From Eledone cirrhosa (Eukaryota): DNA of 64,000 bases. Position numbers and translations under genes: made by a program. Shown here one piece after another: positions 53,011 to 64,000 of the stretch. The stretch covers positions 50,468,001 through 50,532,000 of the forward strand of contig OZ024750.1 in NCBI GenBank assembly GCA_964016885.1, written 5' to 3'. Within the stretch, counting starts at the first letter, position 1, and every line of letters begins with the position of its first letter. Below the pieces are notes generated by a model. The model did no database searches and had not been told where the DNA came from. It saw nothing but the letters and a program-made list of their open reading frames with translations.

Positions 53011-53925
53011 GATCCAGCCTCTGAAGGCTGGTAGTTAGATATATATACTGACAGTTGTATGCACATAATATAACATGAACGATTCTTATTGGAACACCGC
53101 GTGTACGGCACATTCCTGGTTACTAACGTTTGTTAATAATCCTCTTGCTTTCCTTTATTTGCTTGCAGCAGCAAGCTAAGGACTTGAAAGTTAAGAGGAT
53201 TAAGAGAAGTTTGCCACTGTTCAAAGTTACATAACAATACATTAGAATTTATATTTACATATGTTATATACTCTGCATACATTTGTGTGTATGTATTTAT
53301 AACACAAGTAAGAAGTAGCTATAAGGCTGTATCAAATACGAACATACACACAGGTATTTGTACATGAATAGACACAAACAATATATATATATATATATGT
53401 GTGTGAGTGTGTGTGTGTGTCTGCGTGTGTGTGTGTATATGTATGTATGTGTGTATATATATAGAGAAATAGAGGGAGAGAGAGAGGGTGTAGAGACAGA
53501 GTGGTAGAGAGAAAGAGAAGGGCTGTTAAACAGAGAGAGAGAGAGAGACAGAAACCTACGAATTACACTGTGTATTTCATGTTCTAGCAGAAATAATATT
53601 TTCCCTATTGCTCAGTATCATACAGCTACAGGTTAACGTAAACCTGGAGAATATTATAACAAACATGAATAGCCTGTTATGTGGTAAAGCAAGAAACCTC
53701 TATACGGAGTATATATCCATATGCATCACGCTATAAACTTGAAAAATGCACACTTTTGGGCAGATGAGATTTACTAAGAAAAGTTTAATAATAAAATCCA
53801 CATGCAGTCATAAAAACATTAGCGATTGCTTTGCATATTTCATATTTCCACTATTTATTCTTCGATGAAATGATAATGAAATTGATTAAATTGTGGGTAC
53901 AGCATGACTGAATGTGTAACTTCAA

Positions 53926-54075
53926 ATAACGGTTTCTTAAATAGGCACAAAGCCAGCATGTGACTGGTACTTTATTTTATCTACCCCGTAAGGATGAAAG
54001 GCAAAGTTAACCTCGGCGGGATTTGAACTCTCTACTGCAACAATGGCGTCCGATCCTCTACCGATACTGCCAATC
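53926..54075 (-). mobile_element. SINE family A (internally deleted)
   Basis: Reverse complement of the consensus. Confidence 0.8.
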
Positions 54076-54451
54076 CCTCTGTAACTTCAAATAATAACGA
54101 GATTTTGTATTATCTTTATATCTAAAACAGAGAAGGTATGTCTGTCTGTCTCACTCGAGAACCACCCAACCGATTGTTTTCAAACTTCACAAATGTAATA
54201 CTTATGGTCCTGTGAGTGTTTTGAGCAAAACATATGTCAAATGTTCTATGCCCTGGGGACCGCATTAGGCGATTTAGTGATCTCTCTCTATAATTATTAG
54301 TCTTTCTTTTTAGATAGATACATAGATATACCGTTGCACCGTTATAATACCTGTCTGTATGTCTAGCCGTCTGCATTACGACATTATGACGCCATATGTG
54401 TGTGTGTGTGTGTGTATATATACGTATATATAGTGTGTGTGTATATATATA

Positions 54452-56655
54452 TGTAGCAGGAGGTTGCCTCCCTTGTTGTGACACTCACAACCCCAATAGA
54501 TTAACACCATCTACACAGGAAGTAGAACCCTTTCTGTAACTTCCACTCAGAACCCTATAAAACTAACAACTTTAAGTTCTCACTCTCTCATTCGCCTTTT
54601 CTGTCAGACGCCTCCTGGCTTTCGCCAGGAGTCAACGCCCAGGCGTCTTCTGCCAGCCACGTTCGTTTGGCAATCAAACGTTAACTAATAACTTTGCTTC
54701 ATTCTTTCATCTATTTCTTTGACATGTCAACTATACTGTTCTATATATATCCATGATTGTTAATTAAATATTATACACACAAATCATGTCTCCTTGTTAC
54801 ATTCATACACGCTAGTATTCCGCTATATTGGTAACCCTGACGTGATACGAACACGCAGCCGTTCATTGTTATAAGTGGTCACCCCGAAAAAAGAAAAAAA
54901 TAGCAGAATCTGGTGTTGTGTGAGTAACATTACGAATACACAGCAAATTTATTGACAAACTATGAAAATACTCAGTCAAAGAAACGCACACACGCACATG
55001 TGAAACTTTCGTGCAGACACTCGTTTTCCCTCACGCATCCACTAACTGTCGCAGTTTGCTGTATATATATATATGTTTCTCCAAGAAACGAACACACCAC
55101 GCACATGTGAAATTCGCGTTCAGACAGACTTTTTCTCTCACGCATCAACTAACTGTCGCATTTCACGATATATATATATATGTTTCTCGTTTCTTACAAC
55201 GAACACTTTCAAAACAAAAAAAAACAAAAAATGAAATTTGATATTTTTTTTTTTTAAACATTTCAACAGGAACATTTATTTTCGATGAACCATTGCCTTT
55301 TTTTTCATCGTTTTCTTCATCGTTCAAGTTTTTTTGTTTTTTTTTCCAATGTTCACACCAATAATTATGCTAAGTGAAGCCTTTCTTTTTCATCATTGTC
55401 ACTTTCACACACACATTTTTTTCAAAATAGCTGCCAACGATCCGTTACACTATCATTTTCTCGCGCATTAGAAATATTATTTTTTCAACCTAACTTAACC
55501 TTAATTTGGCACGTGTAGGCAGCACAAATTCTCGACTCACAGAGATAGCCGCACGCCCGAGATAACGTTTCTCGCCAAGGATTCTTCAGCCTTAAGCTAT
55601 ATTCTTCTATTTGCTGGTTTAAAAATTTACCACGTAAATTTGCCGTTGAAAACTGCGCATTTATTCAGAATGCTCATTTCTTTGGTCGCTGGCCTCTTGA
55701 CCCTTCCAGGTCAACGCATTCTCAACATCGACCATCAACTTCGGCTGTTATTTCTAGCACTTTGCGCAACTCATTTTTTCTGAAAAAATTTTTTTTTTTA
55801 CTGTGAATTTAAACACCGAATACGCTCACTCCGCAAGACAACATCATCAACAACAACACAGCTTCATCAACAACCAAAGCCAGCAGAACAAGCCAGAGAA
55901 TTTATTTTTGCAGCACTCTTCCTGTGAGAAAATCCATTCGGAGGTTGGAAATTTCACGATATACCACAGAACAGAAACCACCTGCATTTATTCTCTGGAA
56001 CACACTTTCTTTCCTGCTGTCATGTGATTGCACACCTGTGAACTATATTTTGTACATTTGAACTTTGAGCTCTTCTCTTACTTTATTACATTGTATCTTT
56101 GGGTGATGGATAGATAGATGTCCAGTCGTTCTCTGGCCAAGAGCGGTTGGCACCTTGATATCTATCATTGATTTTTGCAAACATTCTTTTGTCGTAATTT
56201 TCATGCCTGTTACAACATTCTCGCCAACTTGCTACATATTTCATTCGATTTTTATATTTTAAAATTCTGGCGGGAGGTTATGTAGCAGGAGGTTGCCTCC
56301 CTTGTTGTGACACTCACAACCCCAATAGATTAAAACCATCTAAACAGGAAGTAGAACCCTTTCTGTAACTTCCGGTCAGAACCCTATAAAACTAACAACT
56401 TTAAGTTCTCACTCTCTCATTCGCCTTTTCGGTCAGGCGCCTCCTGGCTTTCGCCAGGAGTCACCGCACAGGCGTCTTCTGCCAGCCACGTTCGTTTGGC
56501 AATCAAACGGTAACTAATAACTTTGCTTATTCTATCATCTATTTCTTTGACATGTCAACTATATTGTTCTATATATATCCATGATTGTTAATTAAATATT
56601 ATACACACAAACCATGTCTCCTTGTTACATTCATACACGCTAGTATTCCGCTATA
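54452..56655 (+). mobile_element. Non-coding LTR retroelement (Gypsy-type ends), 2.2 kb
   Basis: LTRs at 54452-54827 and 56281-56655 (TGTAGC...GCTATA), primer-binding site at 54829, polypurine-tract-like CTGGCGGGAGGTTA before the 3' LTR, flanks TATA/TGTA. Confidence 0.92.
54829..54860 (+). promoter_or_regulatory. Primer-binding site complementary to tRNA-Trp
   Basis: TGGTAACCCTGACGTGATACGAACACGCAGCC against the reverse complement of eukaryotic tRNA-Trp, TGGTGACCCCGACGTGATTYGAACACGCAACC (recalled sequence). Confidence 0.85.
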
Positions 56656-56718
56656 TGTATATATAGTGTATAACGTTTATCGAAATATTTACTTCTGCGT
56701 TCACAGATAGATTTTATT

Positions 56719-56769
56719 AGTTTCAGAAGATCCCGTTAAGGGTGAAAGCAGCGATTGTTTGGTTAAACT
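56719..56769 (+). ncRNA. Hammerhead-like motif, CAGAAGA-core family, in a PLE 3' end at about 56665-56790
   Basis: AGTTT CAGAAGA TCCC GTTAA GGGT GAAA GCA...TGG TT AAACT. Confidence 0.5.
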
Positions 56770-56808
56770 TTAATCTGTTATTTTAATATATATATATATA
56801 TAATTATG

Positions 56809-56927
56809 AAGGCGTGTGGCTGAGTGGTTAGAGAATTGGATTAGCAATCGTAAGGTTGTGAGTTCGATTCCTGGACCAGGCGATGCATTATTTCCTTGAG
56901 CAAGACACTTTATTTCACGTTGCTCCT
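56809..56927 (+). mobile_element. SINE family B
   Basis: TGGCTGAGTGG A-box, GTTCGATTCC B-box, then CCTTGAGCAAGACACTT. Confidence 0.8.
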
Positions 56928-57204
56928 TCTACCTGGAGTTGCGACCGATAGATAGTATTAGCAATTGGAGAGACCAACGGAAACACTGTTCCCTCGGTCT
57001 GATTTGACGAAAGTCGATCGTTCCTCTAAATATATAGTTATATATTCGTGTACACATATTTTTGCATACACAATAATAAAATATAAACAAACGTATTTAT
57101 TTCACGAGGCTCGATAAGGATAAATATATATCAAATATATAAGAACCCTAGAGCAAATCCCGAGCAACGCCGGGCCATTCTGCTAGTAAAAGCTAGAAGG
57201 GATG

Positions 57205-57632
57205 CGGATTGGCAAAAGTTACGTCCCTTTATGTTTTGATTGCAAATCCTGTCGAGATTAGCTTTACCTTTCATCCTTACGGAGTCGATAAGATAAATTA
57301 CCAGTAATACACTGGGATTGATTTTATCTTCATTCCCCTCCCTCAAAATGTCGTTAATCTTGTACATAATTCATAAACTATTATACAAGTTAGAGTACAT
57401 ATGATAAATGTGCCCCTGGATGTGGTGTACATGAGAAAAACTCAGGATCGTCGAGATTAGAATAACTCTTTTCATATTTATGTTTTGCAGCATAGAGTTA
57501 TGGCCCTTTATGGTCTAAGCTCAAATTCCGCCGAGATTAACTTTGGCTCTCATCCTTACGGGGACGATAAATAAAGTAGCAGTAATGCACTGGTGTAATT
57601 GCTGGACTTGTGCCAAAAGTAGGAACAATATT
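57205..57632 (+). mobile_element. Two decayed SINE family A copies
   Basis: Central CATCCTTACGG..GATAA motif at about 57272 and 57551. Confidence 0.7.
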
Positions 57633-57782
57633 TATGTTGAATCAAATCAGTCAGTGCCCGTGGACATTTATCTCCTGGTTATGCTGTAGGAACGCTCTCG
57701 TGGCATATGACGTCTTCACCATTTCAACCTGATGGGTGTGTGTGCGGGTGTGAATATAGACAGCGTCTTCCGTAGGAAGAGA

Positions 57783-57822
57783 TCTATATATATAAAACTG
57801 AGGAAGTGTGTGTGTGCGTGTG

Positions 57823-57908
<86 letters not shown>

Positions 57909-58409
57909 TGTGGGTGGGTGTGGGTGTGTGTGTGTGTGGTGATTGTGTGTGTGTCTGTCTGTTAGTTTGAATCCCTAAAGCTCGAGAAGTTCCCAACCAA
58001 TTCTTTTCAAACTTTACATGTGTACTATTTATGTTTCAGAAATTGTTATGCATATAACAAAATCCAACTTTTTTTATGGCATAGGGCCCTCATTAGGTGA
58101 AAAACCTCATTTTTTCAGCTTTTTAGGGCTTTTTTGACGTGTTACGTCTAGCAGATTTTCCCGAAATTTCAAGGCATATTATGCACATAAAAAAAAATAA
58201 TTTGCTTGATCCCCTAGGGTCCGCATTAGGTGAAAACCTGCATTTTTCCTGCTTCATCGCGGAAAATCTTAAAGATTATCCAGCCATCAGAGTATTCGGT
58301 TTATTTTCTTTACATATTGTCCAGGCATGCAGTTTTTCCACGATCAGGTCTGTTGGCGGCCCGCGTTCCAAAATACCTTATCCCGTGCAACGCCGGGTAC
58401 CACTGCAAG
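57783..58409 (+). mobile_element. Complete non-autonomous Helitron with internal (GT)n
   Basis: A|TCTATATATATAAAAC start; hairpin CCCGTGCAACGCCGGG then CAAG (CTAG variant)|T. Homologous to 20362-20890. Confidence 0.85.
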
Positions 58410-58689
58410 TAAACAATAATAGTGATCGAAAGGAAGTAAAGAATAAATATAGAGGAGGAATCAATACTAGTACTGAACTGGTTCTCTATTAGTCGACTTC
58501 CAAGGGATGAAAAGTAAAGTTGGCCTCGGGGGTCATTTGAACTAAGAACACATACCACCTGAGTGAATCTCAAAAGGCATTTTATCTAACGTTCAAACGA
58601 TTTTAAGAATTCGTTGTCGTGATCATATTAGACGTGGTTCTAACCTACTTTACTGATGAGAGCAGATTGTTTTCAGACTCCTGGCAGGT

Positions 58690-59900
58690 ATAAATACCAA
58701 AGAGACTATAATCAACAACAATATTTTGTACATGGAGTTCAAGTCCAGCTATACAGAGGCAAACCCAGCCGTATTGATTGCATACAAATCACTTTGAGCA
58801 TCTGATAATCCAAGTAAAGTAATATCATCCAGACACTTACGTAGATCCCACTTCAGGTTGTCGTGCTTCACACGTGGTTTTTCAAACTTCTGTTTTACAT
58901 CGAACATCGTTTTACGTTCAAGATTCTTCTTGACCGGGAGAAGTTTTGGGCGGAAGAAGCCGAGCCTCTGCAGACAGCAGCCACCTCACCCAGGTATTCA
59001 ACACACTCTGCAGAGCTCGTGTCGATTCCCGGATTAAGACAGCCCTCGAACGCTGGAAGGAGAACTTCAGCCTTCTTCTGCATCATATACCTGTTCCAAT
59101 CGATCACTGACTAACCACCACCACAGACAGGGCTCCAGCAGACTCGATCCTACCACACCCAATCAAGTCAGAGTCGCCATGAATACGTTCTACAACCACA
59201 AATCCCATGGAATCTGCAGTATCACCGCGGAGTTGTGGAAGGCGGGCTGCGATAACATGATCTAGTGGCTCACCCGCATCATAAACTTTGTATGGCTGTC
59301 AGAGCGGCTCCCAAATAACTGGACCCGTTTGAAAACGGAAGGTCTTCACCAACATCCTCTTCAACCGTGCTCTTCCATCAATCAGAAGCGGACGTCACCC
59401 ACAAAAAGCCAGATTCATGCCTAAACGAACCACCGCTGACCACCTTACTACCCTCCAGCTCATTATCGAAATATCTCGGTAGTTCCTTAGAGATTGCTGC
59501 CTTTAGGGTGACTTCGTCGATCTCAAGGTGGCTTTTGAGAAGGTCAACAACGCATCCCTCTGGAAAATTCTCCAGCGTGTCGGTGTACCACCCAAGACCA
59601 CCACCCTGTTGCAATGGCTCTATAATAGTGCTTAGAGCTTTGTGAGGGAGAACGGAAATGAATCCCACGTGTTTCCCATCAAGAGCGGTGTCAGTCAAAG
59701 CCGCGTGCCTGCCCTGATCTCTTTGACTGTGTCATTGACTATCTGATGACCAAGGTTTGTGAGCGAGTTTCTGGCGTTAACATCGGGAATTAGCACCTGA
59801 CCAACCTGGAGTACGCAGACGACACCACCCTATTCAACCACTCGATCATTCAGCCCAGAGACGCACTGACCATATACGGTGAGAAGTCAGCCTTTGGCGG
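58690..59900 (+). mobile_element. Decayed RTE LINE fragment
   Basis: KFWAEEAE..QTAA, GICSITAELWKAG..WLTRII, FVDLKVAF, SGVSQ and LEYADDT. Confidence 0.8.
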
Positions 59901-60129
59901 CGTCCGATTCCGACATTGAATGGTTTCGATTCAACACCATTTATCCGAACACAAGTACTCGGGCATTCGTATAAAGACATCAGGGTAGCAAGAAGATTAC
60001 AATCAATCCCATACTGTTGCAGAACCTTCCACAGCAGATCCCGAGAAACGCGGTCATATGGCTCTCAAGGTCGAAAAAACGAGAACCTAATCCCACGATC
60101 TCTCGAAAACCTGCCGTATTGTGAATATT

Positions 60130-61780
60130 TAATCGGCTGTGCTGCGCCCGGGGCGAAAACCACACTGTCCATCAGCTACCTTAGATTCAACAATCTCTCT
60201 ACATCTATTTGCTAGACACATAAAATAGACCTTGCCGGGACGGCTTAATAAGAAAGTCCGTCTGTAATTGGAACAATATCTCTTGTTTCCTTTTTCGAAA
60301 ATTGGGAATATCTCTCCCGAGTGCCATTGCTTAGATGCCTTTCCAGAGTTCCAGGCCATCTGGGACACACGAGTAAGCCAGAGAATACCTTCTCTATTTA
60401 AGGCTTTTAATATCTTTGCCCGAATGGCATCTGCCCCAGCGACCTTTCTACATTTGAGCTCTTTGACTGCTCTTGTGATCTCAGCCTCTGAGAGATTAGT
60501 CACCGCTTCGAAATACATCTCGTGTACATCAGAAGATGCTGTTGTGGTCTGATTAAGGAGTCAGCAAATTATTCTCTCCACCTCGCGAGAATGCACCTCT
60601 CTGAAGAGAAGAGAACTCCAGCCGCATTCATGATAACAGGTGTGGAGGAGGGCCTATTATTTCAGAGTCGGCGGATGGTCTGCCAGAACACTTTAATGGT
60701 TGATCTGAAGTGGGATTTCAGTTGAAACCCAAAGTCCTCCCATGTCTAAACTTTCGACACTTTTACTGTCTCTGCTGTGATTTCGCATTCCTGCTTGTAC
60801 CGCAAGTGCAAGAAGGAGAAGTTATTTCGAAGCCAAGATTTGTAAGCCTCCTTCTTTGCTTGAATGACATATTTGACTTGTTGATTGATCCAAGGGGTCC
60901 TCCTGCCATTCAGCGCCACACCAAGCCTCTTTCGCCCGCAGCATTTAATAGCTGAAGCAGACATTGCTCATCTGAACAATCTCCACTCCGTCTCAACATC
61001 CTCTTTTTGCTCAGTGATTTCTCTGAATTTAGATCCAATTGTATCTGCATACCTGGTCCTGACGTCTTTATCCACTAATGTTTTCAACTTTATCCTGTAG
61101 GTCGCTCTGGGCCTACCAGTTTTGTGGGTTTATTTGGCTTTAAGTTGTCTCAAGCTGCATATAACTAGATAGTAATCAGTTGACAGTTCCTCTCTTAACA
61201 AGAACATCCAGCACAGAATCAAAGATATCAGGGACAATAACAAAATCAATAATTGTTCTCTATTCCTAATTCCCTTATAATATGTATATTTATGGATGTT
61301 TCTGCGCTATAAGATGTGTATAATAATAGAGAGTCCATTGCAAGAACAGAAGTCCAGCAAGAACAGAAGTCTCCTTTCATATTTCCCAATCACTTCTTTC
61401 TATTTCAGGTGGGCAGTACCATGTACATTGAAATCTCATTGAAGTGTCTAATCATGATATATGACTCAGTCGTAAGTACATTTAACGCTGCAGTGATTCA
61501 TCAAGGAAGGACCTATATTCGGACTCCTTGTTTGGTGCATAAACTAGCACCACCCACATCTTTCAGCCTAAGCGTCAATAGGTAAATCCTCCCTCCTAAC
61601 GGGATCCAGTCAATAAAACATTCTGATAGCCAGGGGTTTCAGTGGTCTCACCAGACAGGTTCTTACATTATAAGGCAATCCAATTTCTTGAGGCAATCCA
61701 AGTTAAAATGACAAGGGAAGGGGCAACGATGATATTCTTGAAGCTCTGAACCGTTCCACTGTGAGCCCTAATTCTCCTCC
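60130..61780 (-). mobile_element. Decayed RTE (Expander/Rex3-like) LINE, endonuclease to RT start, 3'-truncated
   Basis: ORF 60129-60518 gives KVAGADAI..LWLTR..PIFEKG..CSNYR..QCGFRPGRST, and TPWINQQV occurs upstream. Confidence 0.85.
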
Positions 61781-62229
61781 ACAACTATACGCAGAGCAAA
61801 TATTAAAGAAGTGGACTATCTAACTATTACCAAAACACAAAAGTAGCCTAGGCTAGCAACCTCTAACCAATCTTCCTCGTCTCGGCCGGTAAGGTGACAC
61901 GGTCACACTGTTCACGCTAGCTACTAAGTTATAATTTATTGTCAGTCTAGCAGCAGTCGTGGTAGTGGCAGAGTATAAGCTTTAATTAGTTCACGCTTGG
62001 ACAATAGAATTAATCCGCGAAGAGATTAGGAACTGAATTCTAGGGTCTAGGTATTATGGTTTCACAATGGAAGTTAAAATTGGTAGTAAGATTGAAAATT
62101 TAAAATGAAGAGATAAAATCTTGATTGAAGCTAATAATATATATATATATATATATAAAGAAAAAGGGATGAAATCGAAAATGCAACTGAAGTCTTATTT
62201 TTTTAAAAAATATATATATTTATTTGGTT

Positions 62230-62267
62230 CCTTTACCGGTTTCGCAGTTCTTCTGCTTTTCAAAAGG
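62230..62267 (-). ncRNA. Antisense copy of the U3-A8 hammerhead
   Basis: Exact reverse complement of 62344-62381. Confidence 0.75.
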
Positions 62268-62343
62268 TGAGTTGAGATGGAGGGTCTGTGGTGTTTCTGT
62301 GGTTTTTCTGTGAGAAAAACCACAGACCCTCCATCTCAACTCA

Positions 62344-62381
62344 CCTTTTGAAAAGCAGAAGAACTGCGAAACCGGTAAAGG
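62344..62381 (+). ncRNA. Minimal hammerhead with compensatory U3-A8 core
   Basis: CCTT-TTGAAAA-GCAG aagaa CTGC-GAAAC-CG-GTA-AAGG; stem III is the palindrome ACCGGT; AATAAA follows. Confidence 0.8.
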
Positions 62382-62512
62382 AACGAAATAAATATATATA
62401 TTTTTTAAAAAAATAAGACTTCAGTTGCATTTTCGATTTCATCCCTTTTTCTTTATACTTCCACTCGTGTAGGACACCTCGGTTATTTTTCATTTTGTAA
62501 AAAAACCCTCAC

Positions 62513-62613
<101 letters not shown>

Positions 62614-62723
62614 CTACTGTACGTCTGTATACACATATCTATGTACGTATACATACTTATATTTAAGTAACAGCCGTACTAAGAGTGAGAAATGAAATTT
62701 CGTTTCATTTTTTTCCGTTTATA

Positions 62724-62750
<27 letters not shown>

Positions 62751-62754
<4 letters not shown>

Positions 62755-62889
62755 TTGAAAAAAAGGAAAAGAATGAATGCACTTGTGTTAAATAATTTGA
62801 TTTAATTATATAATATTATAATATTATAAAATTAAATCAAATTATTTAACACTACAAGTGATGTCATTCTTTTCCTTTTTTTCAAATAT
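62751..62889. repeat. AT-rich fold-back between (TA)n tracts
   Basis: ATTTGAAAAAAAGGAAAAGAATGA...AATTA inverted against TAAAATT...TCATTCTTTTCCTTTTTTCAAAT. Confidence 0.8.
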
Positions 62890-62974
62890 ACCTAACTGTA
62901 CCAAGGATCTCATACATTCACCAATATATATATATATATATATATATTTGTTTTGCGAGGTTTTTTATATGAGG

Positions 62975-64000
62975 TAAGAAAAATGGTCGCGCATGAAATA
63001 GGGGCTAGTATTAAAACTACCCTACAGGGCCACGTATTCAAATTCAACGAAAAGATCTACACCCAATATAAGGGAGCAGCCATTGGCGTCAGCATAGCTG
63101 GGGACGTTGCCAACGTTTTTATGGTATGGTGGGAAAGGAGACTCAAATATATGCTTGATGAGAGCTCCATAGACCTCATCATGTACTCTCGTTACATAGA
63201 CGATATTAATATATTAATAAGGACACCCCCACAAGAGAGTACTAACAAGTATGATTTAGAATGTAGCACAATGGAAAGCATCCAGCAGATAGCTAACTCC
63301 ATACACCAGAGTATCACTGTAACTATCGACTACCCTTCCAAACACCCTAACAATAGACTACCTGTATTAGACACGGAACTCTGGATTAACACTATAGACG
63401 AGAGGGACCAAATTCACACTACTATAAACCCGTGGCCTCCAAATACTTGATACTCAAAATCTCAGCAATGTCCCGCAGTGCTAAGTTTAATATTCTGATC
63501 GCAGACTTGGTATGAGTGATTAAGAACGTGTCCCGCATGTGCGACCCAACTGAAATTGCAAGACACATCCAACACTTCATCAACCGCATGCAGTTGACAG
63601 AATCAGAGACAGAATCAGAGTATTCAAAGGAGCCACGGAGAAGTATAAGACCCTCTTAGAACTGGACATGAAAGGAATTTGCCCATTATACAGGAGCAAA
63701 TCGTGGAATAGCTTAGATAGGACTAAACATAAGATAGGGAAAGCAACCTCATGGTACGACAACCAGAGATACCAGAGTTTCATGTTCGTGGACGCTACCC
63801 CTGGAGTGAAATTAGCTAACAAGTGTAGAAAGGCCATGAGAAAGACCCACTTAAAGATTAAAGTGGTAGAAAGCCAGGAACTACCATAAAATCCCTGATC
63901 AGCAAAACATACCCTTTTAAGAAAACCCACTGTAATAATAGGAAATGTGTTATATGTAAAGTAAACCCCCAGATAAACTGAAAACTAGAAACGTAGTCTA
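62975..64000 (+). mobile_element. 5'-truncated Naiad-like PLE (RT, thumb, zinc-finger linker, start of GIY-YIG), runs off the window
   Basis: YTQYKGAAIG, YSRYIDD, IDYPSKHPNNRLPVLD, KPVAS, PLYR, MFVDATPG and CNNRKCVIC...N*KTRNVV(Y); several frameshifts. Confidence 0.85.

Larger units (their letters stand above)
54113..57186 (+). mobile_element. Non-autonomous Helitron with nested insertions
   Basis: Starts A|TC TTTATATCTAAAACAGAG (similar to 57783) and ends with the hairpin CCCGAGCAACGCCGGG, then CTAG|T. Confidence 0.7.

Noticed and set aside
56809-56885. tRNA gene (also 38549 and 40195)
   Set aside because: A/B boxes are present, but there is no full cloverleaf and the sequence continues into SINE body.
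58646-58670. CTGATGAG as hammerhead core, or Tc1 FTDESR motif
   Set aside because: No GAAA half or stems, and no flanking transposase similarity.
63513-63515. Second in-frame TGA in the Naiad-like ORF (ADLV*VIK) as selenocysteine
   Set aside because: Position is normally Arg in the PLE thumb motif; best explained by CGA-to-TGA CpG decay.

Overview
AT-rich eukaryotic DNA, almost entirely repeats. The SINE and LINE families and the dense (TA)n/(CA)n microsatellites suggest a cephalopod such as Octopus (inference). I found no intact host gene, rRNA, tRNA gene or CRISPR array; most listed ORFs are microsatellite or satellite read-throughs. Recognisable content: decayed non-LTR elements (Tx1/L1-like, CRE-like with a restriction-like endonuclease, several RTE); Neptune-like and Naiad-like Penelope-like element (PLE) remnants; a mariner relic and a MITE; three non-autonomous Helitrons; a non-coding LTR element with an unusually long tRNA-Trp primer-binding site; two SINE families; and a 5.4-kb 34-bp satellite. 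The most striking pattern is that many short inserts in or beside (TA)n tracts are fold-back or tandem PLE-type termini carrying type I hammerhead ribozymes (HHRs). By hand I count about 20 intact or near-intact copies from about 11 sequence families, plus several 3' halves. They include versions with very long stem II extensions, a compensatory U3-A8 core and a family-wide U4A core. Two palindromes are centred on the expected stem II. A Naiad-like PLE has an in-frame TGA at the Cys position before the GIY-YIG motif (candidate selenocysteine). All folds were read by eye, and coordinates of decayed elements are approximate.
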